Assembly: GCA_040793985.1 (NCBI GenBank)
Contig: JBFNJI010000046.1
Coordinates: 226 to 64,225 of the forward strand
Direction: 5' to 3'
DNA from: Candidatus Thiodiazotropha sp.
GTDB lineage: Bacteria; Pseudomonadota; Gammaproteobacteria; Chromatiales; Chromatiaceae
Length of the DNA: 64,000 nt
Shown piece by piece: positions 55,322-64,000 of this stretch (the stretch's first letter is position 1; the number at the start of each line of letters is the position of its first letter). The translations under genes were made by a program, and so were the position numbers. The notes beneath the pieces are model-generated. The model was not told the origin of the DNA, searched no databases, and saw only the letters and a program-made list of their open reading frames with translations.

Positions 55322-57315
55322 CGCCGGGGGTCCGCCGGTGCCAGCTTGTAGTCGGTTACCGGTGGCAGATCAGGCGTCTGCTGGAAAGCCTCTTCCGCAG
55401 GCTGTGGATCAAATGTTGTCTGGTCGCTGCTGCCGAACCGGCCCAGACGCGGGGCGTAGCCGCTGACCTTCGCCATGCCGCTCTCCATATCCGCCCAGGC
55501 AAGGAGTCTGTGGATGCGGTTATTCTGATCCAGGTAGAGGGTACCGCTCTTGCCACTGAACATACGGTCTGGTTCAGTCTGCATCTGCTGCAGCTGAGTC
55601 AGCAGGTTGTAACTGTCGATGCCCATTGCATAGAGCCGGGCATAGCGTCCCTTGACGCCTGGTATCAGCCTCTCCAGGTTGTTCCGCGACAGCGGTCCCC
55701 CCTGGCCCTCTTCAAACAGCCAAGGCGTATCGACGAAACTTATTTTACCCAGGTCCCGATCGAGTTCCTGCTGTGCCACGCCGGTGTAGATATGGGAGGT
55801 GGAGAGAATCGGCAGGCTCCCCGCGTGGAAGAATTTAAGTTGTGGCCGCAGTTGCCTCGCCTTCTGCGGGCGTGCTGCGAGAAAAATGAAGTCGGCATCC
55901 TTGCGGGCACGGGATTCCGACTCCAACTGGCGTCCCAGCAATTTCTTCAGGGCATGACTCCTGGCCTCGCTTTCGTTGATATTGAGCAGCATGCGAATCG
56001 GTACCGAGAAGTCGTTTTCATGGGCATTGTAGGGTTGCTGTTCCATCACCTGGCCACCCAGTGTGATCCAGCGTTCATGAAAACTGCCAGCGATACGCGC
56101 TCCCCACTCTCCGGATGGCGTCAAGATCAAGGCCGTCCTGTGGCCTTCGAGCCAGGCACGCTCCGCAATCTGTCGTGCCTCATCTTCGGGGGCGAGGCCG
56201 AATTGAAACAGGTTCGGGTGGGTGAGTTCTGAATCATCGACCTGATTCAGCGCCAACACGGGGTGATCCAGATACTCCAGACTCAACAACATCCTGACCG
56301 CATCCTTGTTCAGGGGGCCAACAACCATTTTCGCACCCTGCAGAATTGCCTGCTGATAGATATGCAGGACATCCTTCAGTTCGCTGCTGTCATAAAACTG
56401 CAGGCTTGGTCGCTGTGTCGGAGGCTGCTGATACCAGGCTGCCATCAGCCCGTCTCGCACCGCCGCCGCCACCTTGGCGTAGGGTCCGCTGCGGGGGAGC
56501 ATGACTGCGATATGGTCTTCACTGCTGAAACCCTGCTGTTCCAGGTATCCTGCGAGCAAGGTCTGCAATGCAGGGTGCTGCGGAAATTGCTCCCGCCACG
56601 CTGCGAGCATGCTGCTCAGTTCAGTCGGATCGGTTAGCTGCAGTTTGATGACCTTGGCAAGTTCCATCCAGCCTATCAAGGTGGCTGGCGGTGGTGGTTG
56701 CAACATGCTGAGTGCGGTGTCTGTCATGCTGGACAGGGTCTGTACCAGCAACTGCTGCGATTCCAGGCGTGACTCAGCATCATCCTCGAACAGCAGATCG
56801 AGGACATCGAGTTCACGGGCGCTTTCCAGCAGGTTTCCCGACAGGCGGAATATCTCCGCCATGTTCCTGTGATAGTGACGGCGCAGAATCGGCGGTGCAT
56901 CGACACCGGGTGCCGGCTCCATCAGATCAAGTGCCTGTTCGATGTCTCCTTCCGATACCGCAATCTCGGTACGCAACATGCGCCATTTCAGGGTGAAGTC
57001 GGGGTCGCTGTCATAGGACTGCAACTGCTCAGCCAGCATTCTGCTCCTTGCCTGGTCGCCGGCCTTTAGCCAGTATTCCGCCGCTTCCAGCGTGAGCCAC
57101 TCGCGTTGCGGTGATGCACTCTCCACCGCGAGGGACTCGAGGCGCTCGGCGGCGGCGGCGAAATCGCCGCTCTCCAGCATGAGATCGATCTGTAGCCTAA
57201 CCTGGGGAGGTAATTCCGTGGGTTCGTAGGTGCTAACCTTGGGTGCCGTGGTACAGCCCTGTATCGCCAGAAGCAGTGCGGCAGATAACAGCAGTAGGAG
57301 TCGATCAATTTGCAT
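55318..57315 (-). CDS. lpoA: Penicillin-binding protein activator LpoA
   Basis: Lipobox IQGC, W...FPQHPA, IAVMLPRSG, VVGPLNK, FGLAPEDEA and LYAMGIDSY motifs; between rsmI and yraN. Confidence 0.9.
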   Translation of the reverse strand: MQIDRLLLLLSAALLLAIQGCTTAPKVSTYEPTELPPQVRLQIDLMLESGDFAAAAERLESLAVESASPQREWLTLEAAEYWLKAGDQARSRMLAEQLQSYDSDPDFTLKWRMLRTEIAVSEGDIEQALDLMEPAPGVDAPPILRRHYHRNMAEIFRLSGNLLESARELDVLDLLFEDDAESRLESQQLLVQTLSSMTDTALSMLQPPPPATLIGWMELAKVIKLQLTDPTELSSMLAAWREQFPQHPALQTLLAGYLEQQGFSSEDHIAVMLPRSGPYAKVAAAVRDGLMAAWYQQPPTQRPSLQFYDSSELKDVLHIYQQAILQGAKMVVGPLNKDAVRMLLSLEYLDHPVLALNQVDDSELTHPNLFQFGLAPEDEARQIAERAWLEGHRTALILTPSGEWGARIAGSFHERWITLGGQVMEQQPYNAHENDFSVPIRMLLNINESEARSHALKKLLGRQLESESRARKDADFIFLAARPQKARQLRPQLKFFHAGSLPILSTSHIYTGVAQQELDRDLGKISFVDTPWLFEEGQGGPLSRNNLERLIPGVKGRYARLYAMGIDSYNLLTQLQQMQTEPDRMFSGKSGTLYLDQNNRIHRLLAWADMESGMAKVSGYAPRLGRFGSSDQTTFDPQPAEEAFQQTPDLPPVTDYKLAPADPRR

Positions 57316-57366
57316 GGTCTGGTTTCTGTGGCAGGATTGTGAGTCCATTCTACATCAGGAACAGTC

Positions 57367-58221
57367 GTGTCAAAGGGCGTACTTTACGTTGTTGCCACAC
57401 CGATCGGCAATCTCGAGGATATTTCACAGCGTGCATTGCAGACATTGCGTCGAGTCGATCTGATTGCTGCTGAGGATACGCGGCATACCCGCCCACTACT
57501 AAAACACTACGGCATCGATACGCCACTGCGCGCGTTCCATCAATATAACGAGCATGCACAACTGGAGCAGTTGTTGCAAAGCTTGGATGCCGGGCAGTCG
57601 ATCGCCCTGGTCTCCGATGCGGGTACGCCGCTGATCAGCGATCCGGGATTCCCCTTGGTAAGGGAGTTGATAGCGCGGGGAGGAGAAGTGGTCCCTGTGC
57701 CCGGTGCCAGCGCTTTGGTCTGTGCCCTTTCCGCGGCCGGTCTTCCCACCGACAGGTTCCTGTTTCTCGGTTTTCCGCCGCGCCAGGCAAAGCAGCGCCT
57801 CTCCTGGCTGCGAACCCTTTCCCACGAGGCGGCGACATTGGTGTTTTATGAGTCGAGTCACCGTGTGGTCGATTCACTCTCCGATATGCGTCGGGCCTTC
57901 GGTCCCGAACGGGAGTGTGTCATTGCGCGGGAGCTGACCAAGCTGCATGAGACCATCCTCAGAGGCAGCCTGGAGCTGCTGATCGAGGTTCTGCAGCAGG
58001 ATAGGGATCAACGTAAAGGCGAGTTCGTCATCCTCGTCAGAGGGTCGAATGAGGAATCCGGCGAGCGCGTCGAGGTCGATGTTGAGCAAATGCTGGTCAC
58101 GCTATTGGTGGAACTACCTCTCAAACAAGCCGTCTCATTAGCATCCAAGATCTCGGGCCATAAAAAAAATATACTCTATAAACAGGCACTTAAGATCTCC
58201 GAAGCCAAAGATGTGAAGTGA
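57367..58221 (+). CDS. rsmI: 16S rRNA (cytidine1402-2'-O)-methyltransferase
   Basis: LYVVATPIGNLEDI, AEDTR, SDAGTPLISDPG and RELTKLHE motifs. Confidence 0.97.
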   Translation: MSKGVLYVVATPIGNLEDISQRALQTLRRVDLIAAEDTRHTRPLLKHYGIDTPLRAFHQYNEHAQLEQLLQSLDAGQSIALVSDAGTPLISDPGFPLVRELIARGGEVVPVPGASALVCALSAAGLPTDRFLFLGFPPRQAKQRLSWLRTLSHEAATLVFYESSHRVVDSLSDMRRAFGPERECVIARELTKLHETILRGSLELLIEVLQQDRDQRKGEFVILVRGSNEESGERVEVDVEQMLVTLLVELPLKQAVSLASKISGHKKNILYKQALKISEAKDVK

Positions 58222-58291
58222 TGCCAGGTTATTTGCGCATTTCTTTACAATAATTAGCGGTTAGTAGCGTTCAATTTTTCGTTGCGTCGCC

Positions 58292-58912
58292 ATGCACAGA
58301 GTCTATTTTCTTACAGTTTGGTTGTTTCTGACAGCATGCTCGTCGAGCCTGCTGGCCGGCAATGACCTGGAATTCGCTCCCTTCGCCGGGCAAAGGTTCG
58401 GCGGCTCCTTCGAGCTGGACTCGGACTACAGTCGCATGGATGTCGATAATTCTAACGACTGGGGCTTTACCATCAGCCAGGCCGCCTCCGATACGACGCG
58501 GTACGAGTTTCTCTACAGCCACCAGGATTCGTCGCTCGCCGACACCACCGATCCCGACAACGCCTTCGACCTCGACATTCACTATGTCCATCTGGGCGGT
58601 ACGGTTGATGTCCATACCCTCAATTACCGGAAAGAGAAGATCACACCCTATATCACCGGTGGCCTCGGGATGACCATCATGAATCCTTCTCACAGAGGCT
58701 ATGAGGATGAAACCCGATTCTCACTCAGTGTCGGTGGCGGTTTGAAGTGGTATCCCACGGAGCGGCTCGGCATACGTTTTGAGATGCGCGGCTACAGCAC
58801 CCTCATCGATTCCAATGAAACCCTGTTCTGCGATGCCGGATGCAGCTTGCAGATAGAGGGCGATGCCTTTCCCCAATTCGAAACCAATCTGGGTCTGATA
58901 TTCAGTTTCTGA
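58292..58912 (+). CDS. Outer-membrane beta-barrel protein (OmpA-like/opacity-type)
   Basis: Signal peptide, amphipathic beta strands, PYITGGLG, C-terminal Phe (GLIFSF). Confidence 0.85.
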   Translation: MHRVYFLTVWLFLTACSSSLLAGNDLEFAPFAGQRFGGSFELDSDYSRMDVDNSNDWGFTISQAASDTTRYEFLYSHQDSSLADTTDPDNAFDLDIHYVHLGGTVDVHTLNYRKEKITPYITGGLGMTIMNPSHRGYEDETRFSLSVGGGLKWYPTERLGIRFEMRGYSTLIDSNETLFCDAGCSLQIEGDAFPQFETNLGLIFSF

Positions 58913-58977
58913 TTCTCTTGCGGTTATCCCGGACCCGTTGACAGGCTCTAGTCAATCCTCTGGTGCAGGCGGTATAT

Positions 58978-59005
58978 AAAAAACCCTCTCGGTTAGGAGA
59001 GGGTT
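58978..59005 (-). terminator. Rho-independent terminator after hsp20
   Basis: Stem AACCCTCTC/GAGAGGGTT followed by a U-run on the minus strand. Confidence 0.75.
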
Positions 59006-59038
59006 CTTAAACAGCGTCGTCCATAAAGACTCACTGCC

Positions 59039-59482
59039 TCAATGGGTCACCTCGATGCGTTTCGGCTGTTTTCCCTCTGTTTTCGGGATGATGACCTCAA
59101 TCACGCCATCCTTGCCATTTGCTTCGACAGCATCTGCATTGGTGTTGTCAGGCAGCGAGAAACGACGATAGAAAACGCCATGAGAGCGTTCGATGCGTTT
59201 GAAGTTGTCTCTCTCCTCCTTCTCTTCAAACCTGCGTTCACCGCGGATCGTCAACACACCATGCTCCATGGTGACCTCGATATCTTCAGGTTTTACACCT
59301 GGAATATCAGCTCGGATAACATACCTTGTATCCTCTTCCTTGATATCGACCGCCGGTGCCCACTCACCTCCCACCACGCGAGAGGTATCATCTTCTCGAT
59401 GCAGGAGCGGGTGGAACGCACGGTCAAGTTCCTGACGCCAATCTTCCAGTGTGCGCCATGGGTCGTAACGTGTGATGTTCAT
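59039..59482 (-). CDS. Hsp20/alpha-crystallin small heat-shock protein
   Basis: PAVDIKE, ADIPGV, GVLTIRGER, ERSHGVFYRRFSLP and GVIEVIIPK motifs. Confidence 0.96.
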   Translation of the reverse strand: MNITRYDPWRTLEDWRQELDRAFHPLLHREDDTSRVVGGEWAPAVDIKEEDTRYVIRADIPGVKPEDIEVTMEHGVLTIRGERRFEEKEERDNFKRIERSHGVFYRRFSLPDNTNADAVEANGKDGVIEVIIPKTEGKQPKRIEVTH

Positions 59483-59518
59483 GATTTACCTCCTATAAAC
59501 TACCCGTTCCTACTATAA

Positions 59519-59547
59519 ATATGGTCCCGGTCGAGGGGTTTTTCAAT
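59519..59547 (-). promoter_or_regulatory. Sigma-32 promoter of hsp20
   Basis: ATTGAAA-N14-GACCATAT versus consensus CTTGAAA-N13-17-CCCCATNT. Confidence 0.65.
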
Positions 59548-59724
59548 ACCTCGAAGCGGGCTCTTGTCATTCCCTGGTACGGGTTTCAAGTTATTGATAA
59601 GTATGAAGTAAAATTGGCTTGTTCGGGGCGGGGTCTTGCCGTTCCAGGAGCTGATCCCATGTCCTCTTCGATCAATGCGGGATTGCCGCCGCGCACTCAA
59701 CCGGTTCGATCTCCGATCGTGGTT

Positions 59725-61860
59725 TCAGGGTCGTTTGCCGCCGACGGTTGGGCCACCTCTGCGGCGCTGTTTACGCTTCGTTTGAGCGGCTTTTTTCACC
59801 CCGCCATCCCGGTTTCCGCCTCCCCGCTTGACGGCTGCTTTAGCCAGCCTTCCCCTGTCCGGTTGCCAACTTGGCACCAGATGACGTTTGCCGTTACCAA
59901 TCAGGTCGGCCCTTCCCATTTTGTTCAAGGCATCCCTCAACAGCGGCCAGTTTTCCGGGGCGTGGTAACGCAGGAAGGCCTTGTGCAGACGTCGTTGTCT
60001 TAGACCTTTGACCACTCGCACCCGTTCAGCGCCGGGGTGTATGCGGCGTAGCGGATTTCGCCCTGAATGATACATCGCCGAAGCGATGGCCAGGGGTGTG
60101 GGTAGAAACGCCTGCACCTGGTCGGGACGAAAAGCGTTGCGCTTCAGCCATAGGGCCAGGTTGAGCATGTCTTCGTCGCTGGTTCCCGGATGGGCGGCGA
60201 TGAAGTAGGGTATCAGGTACTGCTCTTTACCCGCCGCGGCGGAATACTTGTCGAACAGTTTTTTGAAACGGTGGTAGCTGTCGATACCCGGCTTCATCAT
60301 CCTGTCGAGGGGGCCGGCCTCGGTGTGCTCCGGCGCGATCTTCAGGTAACCGCCCACATGGTGGGTCACCAGCTCGCGGATATATTCCGGGGAGCGCACC
60401 GCCAGGTCGTAGCGCAGCCCCGATGCGATGAAGACCCGCTTGATGCCGGGCAGCGATCGGGCTCGGCGATAGAGGCTGATCAGCGGACGGTGATCTGTGT
60501 CCAGGTTGCTGCAGATATCGGGGTAGACACAGGATAGGCGGCGGCAGGCAGATTCGATCTTTCGATCTCTGCATGCGAGCCGATACATATTGGCGGTGGG
60601 ACCGCCCAGATCCGAGATATTGCCGGTAAAACCGGGTACATGGTCACGGATCGCCTCTACCTCGCGTACCACCGAATCCTCCGATCGGCTCTGGATGATA
60701 CGCCCCTCGTGTTCGGTGATGGAGCAGAAGGTGCAGCCGCCGAAACAACCGCGCATGATGTTGACCGAGAAGCGGATCATCTCCCAGGCCGGGTTGCGTG
60801 TATTACCGTAGGCTGGGTGGGGCTGACGGGAGTAGGGGAGCTCGTAGAGCCGGTCGAGCTCCTCTGTCGTGAGTGGTAAGGGCGGCGGGTTCAGCCAGAC
60901 GTCCCGCTTGCCATGGCGCTGGACCAGGGCACGGGCGTTGCCCGGGTTGGTCTCCAGATGGAAGACCCGGGAGGCGTGGGCGTAGAGCAGGTCATCCTCC
61001 AGCACCCGGTCGTAGCAGGGGAGGCGCACCACCGTATGCTCTCGATCGAGCCCCGCGGGACGCTGGTGGGGGGTGAAGCGCACTGGTTTGGATTCACAGG
61101 CGGATTCCGCCTGATAGGGATCTGGATGGTGCTGTTTGGGACCCGGTTCATCGAGCTGGGTCGAGTCGATTTCACTCCACCCCGGGGGCAGGCCCTGGCG
61201 CATGAGACCGGTGCCCCGAATATCGGTGATCTCGCCTATCTTCTCACCCCCGGCCAACCGATGGGCCAATTCAACCACTGCCCGTTCCGCGTTGCCGTAG
61301 ATCAGCAGATCCGCCTTGGAGTCGGGCAACACCGAACGGCGTACCTTGTCGGACCAGTAGTCGTAGTGGGCGATACGGCGCAAACTCGCCTCGATGCCGC
61401 CGATCACCACCGGTATCCCCTTGTAGGCCTCCCGCGCCCGTTGGGCGTAGACAATCACCGAACGGTCTGGCCTTTTGCCTGCCTCCCCGTTCGGTGTATA
61501 GGCATCGTCGCTGCGGACGCGCCGGTCGGCGGTGTAGCGGTTGACCATGGAGTCCATGTTGCCGGCCGTGATACCGAAAAAGAGATTGGGCTTCCCGAGC
61601 AGGCGAAAGGCCTCAGCACTGCTCCAATCGGGCTGGGCGATAATCCCCACGCGGAATCCCTGGGCCTCCAGCAGGCGACCGATCAGTGCCATGCCAAAGC
61701 TGGGGTGGTCAACATAGGCGTCGCCGGTGACGATGATGATATCGCAGCTGTCCCAGCCGAGTGCCTCCATCTCCTCGCGGCTCATGGGCAGCACCGGCGC
61801 CACGCCGAAGCGCGCGGCCCAGTAGGGGCGGTAGGAGAAGAGCTGGATGGCATGGGACAT
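59725..61860 (-). CDS. ygiQ: YgiQ-family (UPF0313) radical SAM protein
   Basis: [32 protein letters not shown] (CxxxCxxC) and YFIAAHPG motifs. Confidence 0.94.
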   Translation of the reverse strand: MSHAIQLFSYRPYWAARFGVAPVLPMSREEMEALGWDSCDIIIVTGDAYVDHPSFGMALIGRLLEAQGFRVGIIAQPDWSSAEAFRLLGKPNLFFGITAGNMDSMVNRYTADRRVRSDDAYTPNGEAGKRPDRSVIVYAQRAREAYKGIPVVIGGIEASLRRIAHYDYWSDKVRRSVLPDSKADLLIYGNAERAVVELAHRLAGGEKIGEITDIRGTGLMRQGLPPGWSEIDSTQLDEPGPKQHHPDPYQAESACESKPVRFTPHQRPAGLDREHTVVRLPCYDRVLEDDLLYAHASRVFHLETNPGNARALVQRHGKRDVWLNPPPLPLTTEELDRLYELPYSRQPHPAYGNTRNPAWEMIRFSVNIMRGCFGGCTFCSITEHEGRIIQSRSEDSVVREVEAIRDHVPGFTGNISDLGGPTANMYRLACRDRKIESACRRLSCVYPDICSNLDTDHRPLISLYRRARSLPGIKRVFIASGLRYDLAVRSPEYIRELVTHHVGGYLKIAPEHTEAGPLDRMMKPGIDSYHRFKKLFDKYSAAAGKEQYLIPYFIAAHPGTSDEDMLNLALWLKRNAFRPDQVQAFLPTPLAIASAMYHSGRNPLRRIHPGAERVRVVKGLRQRRLHKAFLRYHAPENWPLLRDALNKMGRADLIGNGKRHLVPSWQPDRGRLAKAAVKRGGGNRDGGVKKAAQTKRKQRRRGGPTVGGKRP

Positions 61861-62059
61861 GGGAGCGGATTATAGCGTGGATTCGCTTGCAGAGAGCCCA
61901 TGGCAGGAGATGTCAACGGATAGTCGGCGGATAGAATCTAAATCCTATAGATCTAAGCTGACCGATCGGCAGGTAATTGCAAAAAGGTGCGGAGCTGGTA
62001 GCGCCGTTGATCCTAGGGCACCGAACTGCTGGGGTTTGGTGCGGAATGCGCAGTCAGTA

Positions 62060-63766
62060 TCAGGGATTGAGATCGGGCAGGGGAGGCTTGGCGGAGGACT
62101 TGGCACTCAGCAGTCCTTGCGGAAACAGGCTCAAACTGGGTCGTATCTCATGTTTGAAGGCAGCCTTCCAGACCTCAAAATCGATTCTATGATGGCCATA
62201 TACAGACTCCTCCAATTCGTGAATCAGACGCTGGATTACCTCGGGTCTTGCCTTGGGGTGAAATCCCAGAATATGTTTGCCGATGACGCTGAATGGCGCA
62301 TTCAGCGGCAGCCCCATATGCTTATTGGCAAGGAATCGCAGGGTAAATCCCCAGATCTCGGGATCCCGTTCCTCATCGACGAAGCGTACACAAAACCAGA
62401 AGCGTACCGACAGGGGCAGCATGCCGACGAGGTTGCGACGCCAGCGCGGCCAATGGGTGGCGGGGTGGAGTACGGCGGTGGTATTGCGCAGCTTGGCCTT
62501 GAGGGGCGAAAACGCAGGGGCCATCTGTCGCATCGGACGTTGCAGGAAGCCAATCAGGGGTTCCAGGGGTGAGTGTTGTCCTCCCCCCTTTTTGCGATGG
62601 GAGATCCAGAGCGCCATCCAGTAGCCGAAGATCACACCGAATACCAGGGTCAGGGGTATCCAGAATGCCGATGAGGTACCGGCAGGAAACAGGGTGGTCT
62701 CCTCGTCGGAGTCGAAAAAACCGGTCGATCTGCGGTTGCCACTGACTGCGATCGGCTGTAGGGGTATAGAGGCGCGTTGTGCCATGTGGCTGCGTGTGTT
62801 CCACCAGTTTATGCTCAGCTGGGGAAGCTTCAGGTCACCGCCGTATTGCGGTACCAGGGTGAATCGCTCCAGGCGACGGCCGAGGAGCTTACTGTCACTC
62901 CTGCTCAGCTCAGTCTCCACCTGGTTCTCTTCGCGGTAGACACGAAATGCCTCGGATTTGAGTTGCTGCTCGAGGGAGGGGAGCTGCTCCCCGGGGATAC
63001 CGACGGCATTAATTTCGGTTGCCAGTGTAAAGGGCTTGCCAGCTGCGGCCTTGAGCTTTTTCGGTAGACTGATCTTCAGCGATAGATGTTCACCCGGCAG
63101 CCAGGGAGAACTCTCAGGATTACTCTCTTTTATACCCAGCTCTAGCGGCTTGGAACTGGTTGCCTCGAATGACCGGTTTCCCCTGTTGTAGCTACCTGCC
63201 TGGTCCTCCTCACCCGAGACACTGATCCTGGGGAGCTCATGGAGGCCAGCTCTAAGGGGGGTTAGGACGTAGAAGAAATCGTTAACTATCTGCCGTTTCC
63301 CACTGCGGATGCGGGAGTAGGAGACCGGGCCCTCAAGCTGTTTCAGAATGAACTGGTCGCTCTGTGGAACCTGGGGTGTTGCGGTCCGCAGGTTGTTTTG
63401 ACTGATGACACTGAGGGTGAGAATCACGCTCTGCTGCACATAGGGTTTCTTTATCGACAGGGTGGTTTCAAGCTGGGGTGGTTGGGCTTGTGTCGAACGG
63501 TAACCCTGAGGTGCATAGCCGGGGTATTGGTGACGCGGCCATGCGCCATAGGGCGATTGGCCGGTTGCCGGCTGCGTCTGCGACGGAGTGCCTGTCTGGC
63601 GCTGGTTTGGGGGGGCAAAGTTCCACTGTCCCGGAGGCATTCCCAGCCAGGGTTGGTTACCTTGATAGGGATTCGCCGTGACAGGGTTCGGAACGGCCAA
63701 CAGGCCGAGCACGATCATGACGAGCCCCAAGGGCAGTCTGCCACACTGTGTCAACAGATAAGTCAT
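62060..63766 (-). CDS. BatD-family protein
   Basis: YVQQSVILTL, YVLTPLRAG..ELP and FTLVPQYGG.LKLP.LSINWWN Ig-like repeats, C-terminal TM; TAATG coupling to the upstream gene gives a start at 63766. Confidence 0.8.
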   Translation of the reverse strand: MTYLLTQCGRLPLGLVMIVLGLLAVPNPVTANPYQGNQPWLGMPPGQWNFAPPNQRQTGTPSQTQPATGQSPYGAWPRHQYPGYAPQGYRSTQAQPPQLETTLSIKKPYVQQSVILTLSVISQNNLRTATPQVPQSDQFILKQLEGPVSYSRIRSGKRQIVNDFFYVLTPLRAGLHELPRISVSGEEDQAGSYNRGNRSFEATSSKPLELGIKESNPESSPWLPGEHLSLKISLPKKLKAAAGKPFTLATEINAVGIPGEQLPSLEQQLKSEAFRVYREENQVETELSRSDSKLLGRRLERFTLVPQYGGDLKLPQLSINWWNTRSHMAQRASIPLQPIAVSGNRRSTGFFDSDEETTLFPAGTSSAFWIPLTLVFGVIFGYWMALWISHRKKGGGQHSPLEPLIGFLQRPMRQMAPAFSPLKAKLRNTTAVLHPATHWPRWRRNLVGMLPLSVRFWFCVRFVDEERDPEIWGFTLRFLANKHMGLPLNAPFSVIGKHILGFHPKARPEVIQRLIHELEESVYGHHRIDFEVWKAAFKHEIRPSLSLFPQGLLSAKSSAKPPLPDLNP

Positions 63767-63999
63767 TACCAGGGTCTTGTCTCGGTATCGCGGCCGCCAC
63801 GACTGCGTAGGTATTTGTACTCTTCCAGCCTGAACTGTTGATGCATCAGTTGGGCAGGATCCCCCTCGATCTGGTCGAGCCACTGTTCCATCAGGGTGTT
63901 GGCTCCAGCGAAACGGTCCCTCTCTTCGTTACCGCCAGCGCTCTTCTCCCCATTCTCCGGGGCTTGGGGTTGACCGCTTTGATCCACCCTCTCTACCGC
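63766..63999 (-). CDS. C-terminal end of a BatB/BatC-like VWA-TPR protein (truncated by window edge)
   Basis: EQWLDQIEGDPAQLM...RPW C-terminal motif directly upstream of batD. Confidence 0.7.
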   Translation of the reverse strand, partial: AVERVDQSGQPQAPENGEKSAGGNEERDRFAGANTLMEQWLDQIEGDPAQLMHQQFRLEEYKYLRSRGGRDTETRPW

Positions 64000-64000
64000 A

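Noticed and set aside
58222-58291. Possible rnpB after rsmI, a common gene order in gammaproteobacteria
   Set aside because: The spacer is only 70 bp and lacks RNase P RNA motifs

Overview
This 64 kb window is chromosomal DNA from a chemolithoautotrophic, probably sulfur-oxidising gammaproteobacterium; a Sedimenticolaceae / Ca. Thiodiazotropha-like assignment is an inference from gene content. Recognisable genes include a form IAq RuBisCO cluster (cbbR divergent from cbbL-cbbS-cbbQ-cbbO, with prk nearby), nrtR-nadA with its operator, a DAHP synthase, dxs, gloB, sbcB, the lpoA-yraN-gmhA-dolP/rsmI block, a K+ channel with an RCK partner, several c-di-GMP proteins and an Hsp20. No rRNA, tRNA, CRISPR array or transposase was found. 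One 271-bp MITE-like element is present. The best candidate for an undescribed system is 13.5-25.6 kb. There an EHD/dynamin-like membrane NTPase is divergent from a same-strand run of genes: an SCP2-like lipid carrier, an RND adaptor and RND permease with a histone-like tail and no outer-membrane factor in the window, two secreted Y/W-R-x-R-P repeat proteins, an orphan ParA, a DUF302 protein and a Met-rich coiled-coil membrane protein with a paralogue at 8.8 kb. The parts list resembles a module for building and positioning a compartment, and sulfur-globule biogenesis is my hypothesis. A second candidate (46.7-52.0 kb) is a CHASE2 class III cyclase plus CRP pair with non-canonical base-specifying residues. 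All family assignments come from motif recognition by eye; no database searches were run.
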